From: Planctomycetes bacterium HGW-Planctomycetes-1
Lineage (GTDB): Bacteria > Planctomycetota > Phycisphaerae > Sedimentisphaerales > UBA12454
Length of the DNA: 62,884 nt
Assembly: GCA_002839495.1 (NCBI GenBank)
Contig: PGYD01000002.1
Location: forward strand, 1 to 62,884
Direction of reading: 5' to 3'
A model generated the notes under the pieces. The model was not told where the DNA came from and ran no database searches. It worked only from the letters and a program-made list of their open reading frames with translations. Below, in pieces: positions 1 through 9,195 of the stretch. The position numbers and the translations under genes are program-made. Within the stretch, counting starts at the first letter, position 1, and each line of letters opens with the position of its first letter.

Positions 1-536
1 GGTCAAATTGAAATCGATACAGGTCATAATTTGTTTTAAGTCTTTTGCTTATTTAATGTTATAATAAAACTGTTAAAAGTTAACGGGACAGTACTGATTA
101 TAAATCTTATAACCTCATCTGGAATATATGTTTAACGTTCGCTGACGGCTCGGGCTAAAAAAATCTTGACTTTGGCAACGGCCGTGATAGCATATTAAAG
201 GTTAGGCATTAGAGGCGGAATATCACGCGAATCACAAGTTAATAAGATTTGATGAGGATGATACCACGAGGGCGAGACTATTCTATTTTTTTAATCACCC
301 CCACCAAAGAAAACCAAGTTGTTTTTGAGTACGGCTCTATAAGAATAAGAGTTGTGCTGCGCAAGTTTAATCTTCTCTGCAGGGAAGAAGATGTGTAAAT
401 TTTGGCCCGGAAAGGAGGAAGATATAAAACAAACCAAGGGCATTGCGATAAGCGGATATAGTCTATACCGAAAAAGTTTAGTGAAGTAAATGGCAGGCAG
501 TGCCTGCCGTACAATACGTTAAGGAGGTAAAAACAA

Positions 537-1388
537 ATGTCACCCAAATTTAGAAATTTGATTATTGTGTTTTTAATCAGTGCGTTTCTCCTTCCAAGCA
601 GCGGCTGCAAGTTGAACAAAACTCTAAAGAAGATCACGACGGCAGTTACAAAAATTAGTGTCATACTCAAGCTACCGCCAGGGGTTACAACGACGGCAGC
701 ATTTGTAGATTTAATCCTCGAGATAAAGAAGTCTGATGACCCCAACACAGACCCTAATTCCCTTGACCCTAATTCTATCGAAGTTGACCCTGACAATCAT
801 ACGGCGACGATATTTTTAGACAGAAAAGACACGAACGATCCAAATCTGCATGTTGGTCTCCAGTTGAAGGAACCCGGAAAGACTGATTTGGAAATTGTGG
901 GCACTTATGTTAAGGAAGGCGGCAATCCATGGGTCGAGGTAGCGTCGGCTCCAAACCTTAAGACACGACAGGACAGCACGTTAGGTCGGGTTCTCGACGT
1001 AACAAATCCATCCGGTATTGCGGTGCGAGTTACCAGTCTGGAGGTAGCCGTTTCAAATATAAATATTTCTCTTGGCGGGCTGAATTATTACGACACAACC
1101 ATTTCAGGCCTTCCCTGGTACTCGGTGATATCCACGCCAACAGATTTCACTCCGGGTGAAACAAAAACCTTTGATGTTCCTGATGACAGCCCATTTATCG
1201 GTTTCTGCTACGCTCGAGCCCTATACTGTGATACCGCTGAGTCGGGTCCCGAAGGTGATGTTGTGTATGCATTTGCAGTTTTAAAGATCCCAACTCTCTC
1301 CGAATGGGGTTTGATTATTATGGCAGGGCTTCTGTTGACAGTTGGGGCGGTTGTGATTTGGCGAAGATTTAGAATGGTGTCTGCGTAA
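537..1388 (+). CDS. secreted protein with C-terminal IPTLxxWG-CTERM exosortase sorting signal (possible lipoprotein N-terminus)
   Basis: AAGGAGG lies upstream of the ATG. The N-terminus MSPKFRNLIIVFLISAFLLPSSGC is a signal peptide ending in Cys. The C-terminus is KIPTLSEWG + LIIMAGLLLTVGAVVIW + RRFR, i.e. motif, TM helix and basic tail. Confidence 0.85.
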   Translation: MSPKFRNLIIVFLISAFLLPSSGCKLNKTLKKITTAVTKISVILKLPPGVTTTAAFVDLILEIKKSDDPNTDPNSLDPNSIEVDPDNHTATIFLDRKDTNDPNLHVGLQLKEPGKTDLEIVGTYVKEGGNPWVEVASAPNLKTRQDSTLGRVLDVTNPSGIAVRVTSLEVAVSNINISLGGLNYYDTTISGLPWYSVISTPTDFTPGETKTFDVPDDSPFIGFCYARALYCDTAESGPEGDVVYAFAVLKIPTLSEWGLIIMAGLLLTVGAVVIWRRFRMVSA

Positions 1389-1399
1389 CTAAACGCAGA
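1380..1399 (+). terminator. 7-bp hairpin over the stop codon of the substrate gene (possible attenuator before the exosortase)
   Basis: TCTGCGT-aactaa-ACGCAGA followed by TTGCTGGTTTGG. The U-tract is weak. Confidence 0.3.
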
Positions 1400-1407
1400 T
1401 TGCTGGT

Positions 1408-2046
1408 TTGGCAGGAAATGTCGGCCGAATGAAAACGGCTACGGAGAGAATTTATGAAACTATGACAAAAAATTCAAAAAGACACTTGAGAAAGAAACCG
1501 GCGGGAGACAGGTTTTTCAAAGGATGGCGCAGACGGCATCCGATTTTTTTATTTCTTGCCGTTTTCGCGGTTTTGATGGGTTTGTTTTATGGTTTTGCGG
1601 TATTTACGCCTTTTTACAAAAGAGACTTTTTACTTTCTTATCTTCCATTCAATGCCAGAGTATCAGGTGCTATATTAGGGTTTTTCGGCCAGGATATAAC
1701 GGTCGCAGGCAGGACCATTTCTTCACCTGATTTTTCTGTCGAGGTTTATTCAGGATGTGACGGCATTGAACCGATTGCTTTATTTGTCTGTGCAGTCTTG
1801 GCGTTTCCAGCCCCCTTTTTGAGAAAGCTCCCAGGTATCATTGCTGGCACATTGCTTTTGGCGATCCTGAATTTCGTTAGAGTGGTGAGTCTTTTTGGGG
1901 TTGGTGTTTATTTTCCCAAAGCCTTTCTTTTTATGCATCTTGATGTGTGGCAGGCTCTGTTTATATTTTTTGCTGTCTTGTTTTGGATTGTGTGGCTGCG
2001 ATGGGCGGCGCAAAATCAAATATCGACACAACACGTATCAAGCTAA
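1408..2046 (+). CDS. xrtH: exosortase family protein, XrtH-like (IPTLxxWG-CTERM specific)
   Basis: Polytopic membrane ORF directly downstream of the IPTL-CTERM protein. It has the exosortase-type Cys region SGCDGIEPIALFVCAVLAF, then LNFVRV (Arg) and FMHLDVW (His). The ORF opens at TTG 1408; ATG 1429 is the more likely start. Confidence 0.75.
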   Translation: MAGNVGRMKTATERIYETMTKNSKRHLRKKPAGDRFFKGWRRRHPIFLFLAVFAVLMGLFYGFAVFTPFYKRDFLLSYLPFNARVSGAILGFFGQDITVAGRTISSPDFSVEVYSGCDGIEPIALFVCAVLAFPAPFLRKLPGIIAGTLLLAILNFVRVVSLFGVGVYFPKAFLFMHLDVWQALFIFFAVLFWIVWLRWAAQNQISTQHVSS

Positions 2047-2657
2047 TCCAGACCAAGCACATCATAGGATTTTTCTGTGTGTTTGTGCTAATCTATGTGC
2101 TGGTGATGATTCCATGGCCGGGATTTGGGGCCGCCTATTCAAGATTTTACAGAGCAGGTGCAGCTTTTCTGTTCGAATTACTCGGCCCTAAGGGTGCCGT
2201 TCGCTTCCATTTGATAAACGACGGCGAATACGACATAAAGATCGTCTTTTACGATTCCGGTCAAGCAAGGCCAGATGGGAAGATGAGTCCTGTCGGGTTT
2301 ATAAACCATAACAGCCACCGCGAGGGTTACATATACGTAGCGTTTCTGACTGCCTTAGTCTTGGCTGGCCCGATTTCCTGGAGACGCAAAGGATGGGCTC
2401 TGCTTTGGGGAATGATTTTGATACACGGTTTTATTGTTTTTAAACTGGCGATTTGGATTACCTATGGCTTTAATAAAGAGCCGCTTTCCCTGCTGGTGTT
2501 GAGCCCATTTTGGAAGAGGGCCTTACTTCTTACGATATATGTGTTTGTCCGTAACCTGACGTTTGGCTTTGTTGTTGCTATCTTTATCTGGATTCTTGTT
2601 TCATTTCGTCGCGAGGACTGGTCGAAGATTATGATGCAAAAAGAAGGAGAAAAATGA
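1947..2657 (+). CDS. polytopic membrane protein co-located with xrtH, function unknown
   Basis: 236-aa ORF with several hydrophobic helices. The track start overlaps xrtH by 100 nt, so the true start is probably downstream (ATG 2001 or later). Confidence 0.55.
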   Translation: MAGSVYIFCCLVLDCVAAMGGAKSNIDTTRIKLIQTKHIIGFFCVFVLIYVLVMIPWPGFGAAYSRFYRAGAAFLFELLGPKGAVRFHLINDGEYDIKIVFYDSGQARPDGKMSPVGFINHNSHREGYIYVAFLTALVLAGPISWRRKGWALLWGMILIHGFIVFKLAIWITYGFNKEPLSLLVLSPFWKRALLLTIYVFVRNLTFGFVVAIFIWILVSFRREDWSKIMMQKEGEK

Positions 2658-2679
2658 AGGTAAAAAACGAGATAAATTA

Positions 2680-3258
2680 TCAGATGATTGCTATCGCCTG
2701 ATTGATGGTTTTTGTAATCTCGGCAATATCGGATATGTCTGTTATGCAGAAGTCGTATCCCTTCTTCAAAACTGCTTCGACTTCGTTAGTTTTTAGTCCC
2801 TCGGCGAGTGCAATTACTTTTGTTACCCCCAATTCCGGCGTTTTTCTGATATTGGCACAGATAAGGTCGGCGTCTATATCGGCTGCTTTTAGATTGATTA
2901 AGATTACGTGCGGCTCAAATTTTTGCGCGATAAGACCCGCATCAAAACCACTGTCAGCAGTCTCAATATTAAAAGAAGGATTCTTCCTCAAGGCATCTGC
3001 CAGCGAATTTGCCATCTGCCAATCGCTGTCGATGATGAGTATTCTGATTTTGTCGTGCTCAATCTGGTCGGTAGGAATATTGTGCGTTTTCATAAAACGA
3101 ATAAGCTCAGCGGCGGGAATCCTCCTGTCCCTGCCGCCGGGGATTCGATAACCTTTTAACTGGCCGGTGTCAAACCACTTGGTAACCGTGCGCGGAGCAA
3201 CCTTGCAAATCTGAGCGACCTGGCCGGTCGTAAATATGTCTCTTCGCTTATTATTCAT
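2680..3258 (-). CDS. DNA-binding protein: N-terminal excisionase/MerR-type HTH plus C-terminal receiver-like domain lacking the phospho-acceptor Asp
   Basis: The HTH is TTGQVAQICKVAPRTVTKWFDTGQLKGYRIPGGRDRRI. The receiver-like part is ILIIDSD...HVILINLKAADID...VIALAEG...FCITDI. Confidence 0.7.
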   Translation of the reverse strand: MNNKRRDIFTTGQVAQICKVAPRTVTKWFDTGQLKGYRIPGGRDRRIPAAELIRFMKTHNIPTDQIEHDKIRILIIDSDWQMANSLADALRKNPSFNIETADSGFDAGLIAQKFEPHVILINLKAADIDADLICANIRKTPELGVTKVIALAEGLKTNEVEAVLKKGYDFCITDISDIAEITKTINQAIAII

Positions 3259-3415
3259 AACCTGTTAACCTATATGGTCTTTCGACTTAAAACAGAGACG
3301 ATTTAACCAGGAACCGGTTTTTCGATTTATAAAAATGACTATCATTCAGCTTGGTCCCATAATCTTTCCCGATTCGACCCATTAAAAAACTCAAAATATT
3401 TTTTAAAAAAACTTT

Positions 3416-3444
3416 TTGACAAATAGGTCTAATTACTATATAGT
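3416..3444 (+). promoter_or_regulatory. sigma70-type promoter TTGACA-17 nt-TATAGT upstream of the Fur-family/rubrerythrin genes
   Basis: TTGACA at 3416-3421 and TATAGT at 3439-3444, in an AT-rich intergenic region. Confidence 0.5.
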
Positions 3445-3521
3445 CTTTACTACTATTTTGTTCATTATTTATAACTAATTGTGATTTAAAAGGTTAGCTA
3501 AATTAACAAGGCCGATATATT

Positions 3522-3977
3522 TTGAATAATTTTGATAAAAAAATTGAAAGTTTTTATGGTCTCTGTCGGCAGAAGCGACTGAAGATAACTCCTCAGCGGA
3601 TTGAGGTTTATAAGGCGCTGATGTCGTCTGACGAACATCCATCGGCAGAGACGGTCTATAAAAAGGTTAAAAAAAATCTGCCGAATGTTTCGCTGGATAC
3701 CGTCAACAGGACACTGAATACATTAAGCCTTATCGGAGCAGCATTTGTGGTCGAAGGCAGCGGCGATGTGAAAAGATTCGACGGCAATTTGGAGAACCAT
3801 CAGCATTTTAAGTGCGTAAAATGTAAGAAAATTTTTGACTTTCAGCATAATGCGTTCGAGAATATCAAAGCACCGGAAGAATTGGGGCACAAATTCAAGG
3901 TTCTAAGGGCTACGGTTTACATCGAGGGGTTGTGCCAATCGTGCCTTGAAAAAGAAAATAAAATTCAAACAAATTAA
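3522..3977 (+). CDS. Fur-family metalloregulator (PerR-like by context)
   Basis: TTG start. Winged-helix N-terminal part, then [15 protein letters not shown] and CQSC Cys pairs typical of the Fur family. Rubrerythrin starts 17 nt downstream. Confidence 0.8.
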   Translation: MNNFDKKIESFYGLCRQKRLKITPQRIEVYKALMSSDEHPSAETVYKKVKKNLPNVSLDTVNRTLNTLSLIGAAFVVEGSGDVKRFDGNLENHQHFKCVKCKKIFDFQHNAFENIKAPEELGHKFKVLRATVYIEGLCQSCLEKENKIQTN

Positions 3978-3994
3978 TTTACGGAGGTAATACT

Positions 3995-4567
3995 ATGAAC
4001 TTAAAGGGAAGCCAGACAGAAAAGAACCTGCTTACAGCGTTTTCCGGGGAATCGCAGGCAAGAAACAGATATACATACTGGGCATCTGCGGCAAAAAAAG
4101 AAGGATTCGAACAAATATCGGCAATCTTTACCGAAACGGCAGAGCAGGAAAAAGAACACGCCAAGAGAGTGTTCAAATTTCTCGAAGGCGGCGAAGTTGA
4201 AATAGCGGCGGCTTTCCCGGCAGGCGTAATCGGAAAGACGAGCGACAATCTTAAAGAAGCGGCGGCAGGCGAAAATTACGAGACAACGACAATGTATCCG
4301 GAATTTGCGGCGGTCGCGGAAAAAGAAGGGTTCGACGAGATTGCAAATGTTTTCCGTAATATAGCGGTGGCGGAAAAGAGACATCGCGACAGGTATCTTG
4401 CCCTTGCGGCAAATATCGAAAAGAACAGGGTGTTCAAACGTAAAAAACCTGTCCGCTGGGTATGCAGAAACTGCGGATATGTCTATGAAGGAACCGAGGC
4501 AATGGAAAAGTGTCCGGCCTGCGCCCATCCGATGGCTTATTCGGAAATAGAAGCAGCAAATTATTAA
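3995..4567 (+). CDS. rbr: rubrerythrin
   Basis: [27 protein letters not shown] and EQEKEHAK are the diiron helices. The C-terminal rubredoxin-like part is [10 protein letters not shown]...CPACAHP. Confidence 0.9.
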   Translation: MNLKGSQTEKNLLTAFSGESQARNRYTYWASAAKKEGFEQISAIFTETAEQEKEHAKRVFKFLEGGEVEIAAAFPAGVIGKTSDNLKEAAAGENYETTTMYPEFAAVAEKEGFDEIANVFRNIAVAEKRHRDRYLALAANIEKNRVFKRKKPVRWVCRNCGYVYEGTEAMEKCPACAHPMAYSEIEAANY

Positions 4568-4584
4568 TAAAAAGATTTATATTA

Positions 4585-4663
4585 TTGCGAGCCTTTAACA
4601 GGCAAAGCAATCTCAAATTTTTAAGATAAAGATTGCTTCGTCCGCCTTAGGCGTCCTCGCAAT
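4585..4663. repeat. nested inverted repeats between rbr and tpx
   Basis: Outer arms are ATTGCGAG (4585-4592) and CTCGCAAT (4656-4663). Inner arms are AAGCAATCT (4606-4614) and AGATTGCTT (4630-4638). Confidence 0.6.
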
Positions 4664-4684
4664 GACAGAGAATCGAGGTGTAAA

Positions 4685-5203
4685 ATGTCCGAACGAAACG
4701 GTCTTGTAACGATGAAGGGCAATCCGGTTACCCTCATCGGCAATGAAGTAAAAGCGGGCGATAAGGCGCCGGATTTCGAGGTTGTCGGCAAAGATTTATC
4801 GACAGTAAAATTTTCATCTTTCGCGGGCAAGGTATGCATTATCTCGTGCGTGCCGTCGCTGGATACGAGTATATGCGATATAATGACCAGAAAATTTAAC
4901 GAAGAAGCCGTGAAGCTCGGCGATGATGTGGCGGTGCTGGCGATAAGTATGGATTTGCCGTTCGCACAACATCGATGGTGCATAGCGGCAGATGTAAAAA
5001 ATGTTTGCGTTTTGAGCGACCATAGAACGGCCTCATTCGGACAGGCATACGGAGTATTGATAAAAGATTTGAGACTTCTGGCAAGAGCGGTTTTCGTTGT
5101 TGACAGCAAAGGCATAGTCCGTTATGTCAGTATGGTGCCGGAAATATCACACGAGCCGGACTATGATGAAGCGCTTAAGGCGGTTAAGGGGCTTAAAAGA
5201 TGA
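4685..5203 (+). CDS. tpx: thiol peroxidase (Tpx)
   Basis: VPSLDTSICD (peroxidatic Cys region) and SMDLPFAQHRWC (resolving Cys region). Confidence 0.85.
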   Translation: MSERNGLVTMKGNPVTLIGNEVKAGDKAPDFEVVGKDLSTVKFSSFAGKVCIISCVPSLDTSICDIMTRKFNEEAVKLGDDVAVLAISMDLPFAQHRWCIAADVKNVCVLSDHRTASFGQAYGVLIKDLRLLARAVFVVDSKGIVRYVSMVPEISHEPDYDEALKAVKGLKR

Positions 5204-6378
5204 GAAGTATTACAAAAGATGTGTTCGAGGTCGGGGCAATAGACTGGGACAGAAAGCTGTTCGACGAGATTATACCGTTGCCGGACGGGACGAGCTATAA
5301 CGCTTATCTTATCAAGGGCAGTGAAAAAATCGCCCTTATCGATACGGTTGACCCGCCGAAAGTCGATGCACTTATAACAAATCTTGCCGAGGCCGGCGTT
5401 GAAAAAATCGATTATATTATCGCAAATCACGCAGAGCAGGACCATTCAGGTTCGATTCCCGATGTGCTGGGGCTTTATCCCGAAGCGAAAGTGGTTACCA
5501 ACGAGAAATGCAAACAAATGCTGATAGACCTGATGGGAATCGACGAAAATAAATTCATCGTTATCGAAGATGGGCAGGAAGTTTCGCTCGGAAATAAAAC
5601 CCTTAAATTCATTTTTACGCCGTGGGTGCATTGGCCGGAGACGATGTCAACATATCTTGTCGAGGATAAGATTCTGTTTTCGTGCGATTTTTTCGGTTCG
5701 CATATTGCCGCCAGCGAATTGTTCGTAAAAGACAAGCCGCGAGTTTATGAATCGGCGAAGCGTTATTACGCAGAAATAATGATGCCGTTCAGGGGGCCGA
5801 TTGTAAAAAATCTTGAGAAGATAAAAGATTTGGACATAGCGATTATTGCGCCGAGCCACGGGCAATTATATGACGAGCCGAAGTTTATCATCGACGCATA
5901 TAAAAAGTGGATAAGCGATGAAGTCGAAAATAAAGTTGTAGTCGCTTATGTTTCGATGCACGGCAGCACCAAAAAGATGGTCGAATATCTCGTCAATAAA
6001 CTTATTGAAAAAGGTATCGGCGTTCAGCAGTTCGACCTTGTAACAGCCGATGTCGGCAAGCTCGCGATTGAGCTGGTCGATGCGGCAGGAGTGGTACTGG
6101 CAAGTCCGACATTTCTTAGCGGCGCTCATCCTGCGGCGGCTTATGCGGCGTTCCTCGTAAACGCACTGAGGCCGAAGATAAAATATATGGCAGTTATAGG
6201 CTCTTTCGGCTGGGGCGGCAGAATGGTCGAACAGCTTAAAGGGATGCTTACAAATAATAAAGCGGAAATTCTTGAGCCGATTATCATAAAAGGCGAACCA
6301 AAGGCCGAAAATTTCGGTAAACTCGACGAACTGGCGGAAGAAATTGAGAAAAAACACAAGGAATATAAAATATTATAG
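5200..6378 (+). CDS. flavodiiron protein (FprA/ROO type O2/NO reductase)
   Basis: Metallo-beta-lactamase-like diiron motif ANHAEQDHSGS. C-terminal flavodoxin domain VVVAYVSMHGSTKKM. The start overlaps the tpx stop. Confidence 0.85.
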   Translation: MRSITKDVFEVGAIDWDRKLFDEIIPLPDGTSYNAYLIKGSEKIALIDTVDPPKVDALITNLAEAGVEKIDYIIANHAEQDHSGSIPDVLGLYPEAKVVTNEKCKQMLIDLMGIDENKFIVIEDGQEVSLGNKTLKFIFTPWVHWPETMSTYLVEDKILFSCDFFGSHIAASELFVKDKPRVYESAKRYYAEIMMPFRGPIVKNLEKIKDLDIAIIAPSHGQLYDEPKFIIDAYKKWISDEVENKVVVAYVSMHGSTKKMVEYLVNKLIEKGIGVQQFDLVTADVGKLAIELVDAAGVVLASPTFLSGAHPAAAYAAFLVNALRPKIKYMAVIGSFGWGGRMVEQLKGMLTNNKAEILEPIIIKGEPKAENFGKLDELAEEIEKKHKEYKIL

Positions 6379-6402
6379 TGTAAATAAAGAAAGGGGGCCA
6401 AT

Positions 6403-6777
6403 ATGGCAAAGAAACAGGAAATTTACAAATGTATGCTGTGCGGAAACATCGTCGAGGTTACTCACGGCGGCGACGGGGAATTGGTCTGCTGCGGTGAGCC
6501 GATGAAGCTGTTCGCTACCAATACCACCGACGGGGCAAAAGAAAAGCACGTGCCGGTAATCGAGAAGATTGACGGCGGCTATAAGGTTAAAATCGGCTCT
6601 GCGCCGCACCCGATGGAAGAAAAGCATTATATAGAATGGATAGAGCTTGCGGCGGACAGGAAAATATATAAACAATACCTTTCGCCGGGACAAGCGCCTG
6701 AGGCGATTTTTATGATTGACGCGGCCAGTGTAAGCGCGAGAGAATACTGTAATATACACGGGCTTTGGAAGGCATAA
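6403..6777 (+). CDS. dfx: desulfoferrodoxin (2Fe superoxide reductase)
   Basis: N-terminal desulforedoxin motif [12 protein letters not shown]...VCCGEPM. Centre II ligands are in [18 protein letters not shown] and CNIHGLW. Confidence 0.85.
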   Translation: MAKKQEIYKCMLCGNIVEVTHGGDGELVCCGEPMKLFATNTTDGAKEKHVPVIEKIDGGYKVKIGSAPHPMEEKHYIEWIELAADRKIYKQYLSPGQAPEAIFMIDAASVSAREYCNIHGLWKA

Positions 6778-6814
6778 AAAACAATATCGAACCTGATGAT
6801 TAGGGAGCAAAATT

Positions 6815-7306
6815 ATGGCTATGAGTTTTACAGCATCGGAGATTTTCGAAATTGCCGAGCAAATCGAGCGTAACGGCGCCAAATATTACCACGACGCGGC
6901 AACTGTGTGCGTAGATAAATCTATGCGGCAGTTTTTCAGTCAGCTCGAAGAGATGGAAAAAAATCATGAGAGAATTTTTGTCGAGATGAGAAAAAATCTT
7001 GAGGAGCAAACCGACGACGCGACGGTTTTCGACCCTGATAACGAGATGGCGTATTATTTAAGGGCGATGGCGAAAAGTGCCGGCTGGGAAGGAAAAGCTA
7101 TGCCGCACGCCGAATTCAGCGGTCACGAAACGCCGATACAGATTATAAAGACCGCTATCGAAGCGGAAAGAGCGTCGATAAATTATTATCTGGGCCTTAA
7201 AGAATTCGTCTCGGCGCAGGACGAAGAAAAGCTGGATAAGATAATAAAGGAAGAAATGGGCCATATCGTAACGCTGCAAAAGCATCTTGAGCAGCTTAAA
7301 AATTAG
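6815..7306 (+). CDS. rubrerythrin-family ferritin-like diiron protein (no rubredoxin domain)
   Basis: Four-helix pattern with paired E...ExxH motifs (QLEEMEKNHERIF and IIKEEMGHIVTL). Confidence 0.65.
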   Translation: MAMSFTASEIFEIAEQIERNGAKYYHDAATVCVDKSMRQFFSQLEEMEKNHERIFVEMRKNLEEQTDDATVFDPDNEMAYYLRAMAKSAGWEGKAMPHAEFSGHETPIQIIKTAIEAERASINYYLGLKEFVSAQDEEKLDKIIKEEMGHIVTLQKHLEQLKN

Positions 7307-7379
7307 CCGATAATTCAGAAAATAACTTTTGTTACAGAAGAACTTTGTTGTTCAAATGGATTCTTAAAGGAGATAAACG

Positions 7380-7544
7380 ATGAAAAAGTACAAATGTCTT
7401 ATGTGCGGATATATTTACGAGCCTGCCAAAGGCGACCCTGATAACGGCGTTGAGCCGGGGACGACGTTCGAAGATGTGCCGGACGGCTGGGTTTGTCCGG
7501 AATGCGGAGCAGGCAAGGACGAATTCGAGCCTTATAACGACTGA
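7380..7544 (+). CDS. rubredoxin (54 aa, not in the ORF track)
   Basis: My translation: [54 protein letters not shown]. It has CxxCG...CPxCG and is preceded by AAAGGAG. Confidence 0.9.
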   Translation: MKKYKCLMCGYIYEPAKGDPDNGVEPGTTFEDVPDGWVCPECGAGKDEFEPYND

Positions 7545-7555
7545 AAAAATTAGAA

Positions 7556-9082
7556 ATGGAAAAAATTCGTCCAGTAGTCGCGAAAGAGCAAATGCTTTGT
7601 GTCGAGTCGCAGGCACCGGCGTGCGGACTTGTTGTTTTCGGCGCTTCAGGCGATTTGACCAAACGAAAATTAATTCCCGCGCTGGGCAATCTGTTTAAAA
7701 GGGGTCTGCTCGGCAACGGTTTTTTCTGTCTCGGATGCGGAAGGAAAGACCTCGGCGATGAGGGATTCAGGAAAATCGCCGCCGAGGCGATAAAAGACAA
7801 TCCGATGAAACAGAAAGACGATTTTTTGAACAGTTTCTATTACGCAAGCGGGGATTACAGCGATGAAAAATTTTATGCTAATCTCAAAAAAAGGCTTTCC
7901 GAACTAGATAGCAAAGCGGGCAGGAATTTCGGCAGGATTTTTTATCTTTCGCTTCCGCCGGCGATTTATCCCGATGTGATAACTAATCTTGGACAGGCCG
8001 AGCTTAACAAAAACGGCGATGATTTTATCAGGCTGGTTGTCGAAAAACCTTTCGGAAAAGACTTGGCAAGCGCGACGGAACTTAACGACTGCCTGAGCAA
8101 ATGGTACGGCGAAGAGCAGATATACCGGATAGACCATTACCTCGGTAAAGAGACGGTGCAGAATATCCTGATGTTTCGGTTCGCCAATTCGATTTTCGAG
8201 CCGATATGGAACCGCAATTACATCGACAATGTTCAGATAACCATCGCCGAGTCAATCGGCATCGAATCGCGGGGCGGCTACTACGACAAAAGCGGCGCCC
8301 TTCGCGATATGTTCGTCAATCATATGCTGAGTATGGTTTCGCTTGTGGCGATGGAGCCTCCGGCGTCTTTCGGCGCAGAGCATATACGCAACGAGAAAGT
8401 GCAGCTTCTGCAAAGTATTCGGCCGTTCAGTCTTGAGCCGTGGAACGAAGATATCGTAATGGGCCAATACGCGGAAGGAAGCATCGATGGGAAAAAGGCA
8501 ATCGCTTATCGGCAGGAAGCGGATGTCGAAAAAGATTCAAAAACGGAAACATATATCGCGGCAAGACTTTTTGTCGATAACTGGAGATGGCAGGGAGTGC
8601 CTTTTTATCTGCGGACGGGGAAACGGCTTGCCAAGCGCGTTACGGAAATCGCGGTAACTTTTAAACAGGTTCCGCACGTGATGTTTCGGACGGCGGGAAT
8701 CGACGAGCTGCCAGCTAATATCCTTGTGATGAAGATTCAGCCAAAGGAAGGTATAAGTCTTTTCTTCGAGGCGAAAAGGCCGGGGCCAAAACTTTGTATC
8801 GGTACGCTCGAAATGGATTTCAATTACGCGGAGATTTTCGGCACCGACACGCCGGACGCTTATGAAAGACTGCTGCTCGATTGTATGATTGGAGACCAAA
8901 CGCTGTTTACGAGGATCGACGATGTAAAACTCGCGTGGGGACTGATTGACAAAATACTCAAAAACAGACAGACGCAGGGGGCTGAGCCTTTCCTTTATCC
9001 GGCAGGAAGCGAGAGCTTCCCACAAGCCGATGCGCTTATCCAAAAAGACGGCAGAAACTGGCGAAAAATTTCTGAACTTTAG
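7556..9082 (+). CDS. zwf: glucose-6-phosphate 1-dehydrogenase
   Basis: GASGDLTKRKLIPAL dinucleotide site, RIDHYLGKE active-site motif; 508 aa. Confidence 0.9.
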   Translation: MEKIRPVVAKEQMLCVESQAPACGLVVFGASGDLTKRKLIPALGNLFKRGLLGNGFFCLGCGRKDLGDEGFRKIAAEAIKDNPMKQKDDFLNSFYYASGDYSDEKFYANLKKRLSELDSKAGRNFGRIFYLSLPPAIYPDVITNLGQAELNKNGDDFIRLVVEKPFGKDLASATELNDCLSKWYGEEQIYRIDHYLGKETVQNILMFRFANSIFEPIWNRNYIDNVQITIAESIGIESRGGYYDKSGALRDMFVNHMLSMVSLVAMEPPASFGAEHIRNEKVQLLQSIRPFSLEPWNEDIVMGQYAEGSIDGKKAIAYRQEADVEKDSKTETYIAARLFVDNWRWQGVPFYLRTGKRLAKRVTEIAVTFKQVPHVMFRTAGIDELPANILVMKIQPKEGISLFFEAKRPGPKLCIGTLEMDFNYAEIFGTDTPDAYERLLLDCMIGDQTLFTRIDDVKLAWGLIDKILKNRQTQGAEPFLYPAGSESFPQADALIQKDGRNWRKISEL

Positions 9083-9087
9083 CCAGA

Positions 9088-9117
9088 CCCGCTTTTTTGC
9101 TCAAAAAACGGGGTTTT
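9088..9117 (+). terminator. intrinsic terminator after zwf
   Basis: CCCG(c)TTTTTT-gctc-AAAAAACGGG stem followed by TTTT. Confidence 0.55.
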
Positions 9118-9159
9118 AAGGGAGTTTAAAAAATAATTTTAAAAAAACGTAAGAACCCC

Positions 9160-9194
9160 TTGACAAATTCTTAAGTAGGACTAATATAGTCCTA
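9160..9194 (+). promoter_or_regulatory. promoter (TTGACA-16 nt-TAATAT) overlapped by a perfect 7-5-7 palindrome, directly abutting the Rrf2 start codon
   Basis: TTGACA at 9160-9165. TAGGACT-aatat-AGTCCTA at 9176-9194. The ATG is at 9196 and has no Shine-Dalgarno. Confidence 0.5.
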
Positions 9195-9195
9195 T

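Noticed and set aside
278-796. 172-aa minus-strand ORF overlapping the 5' UTR and start of the IPTL-CTERM gene
   Set aside because: Low-complexity translation with no RBS. It overlaps a well-supported plus-strand gene that has a strong RBS and sorting signals, so it is a shadow ORF.
7399-7800. 133-aa minus-strand ORF spanning the rubredoxin-zwf junction
   Set aside because: It is antisense to two clearly real genes (a rubredoxin with CxxCG...CPxCG, and zwf).
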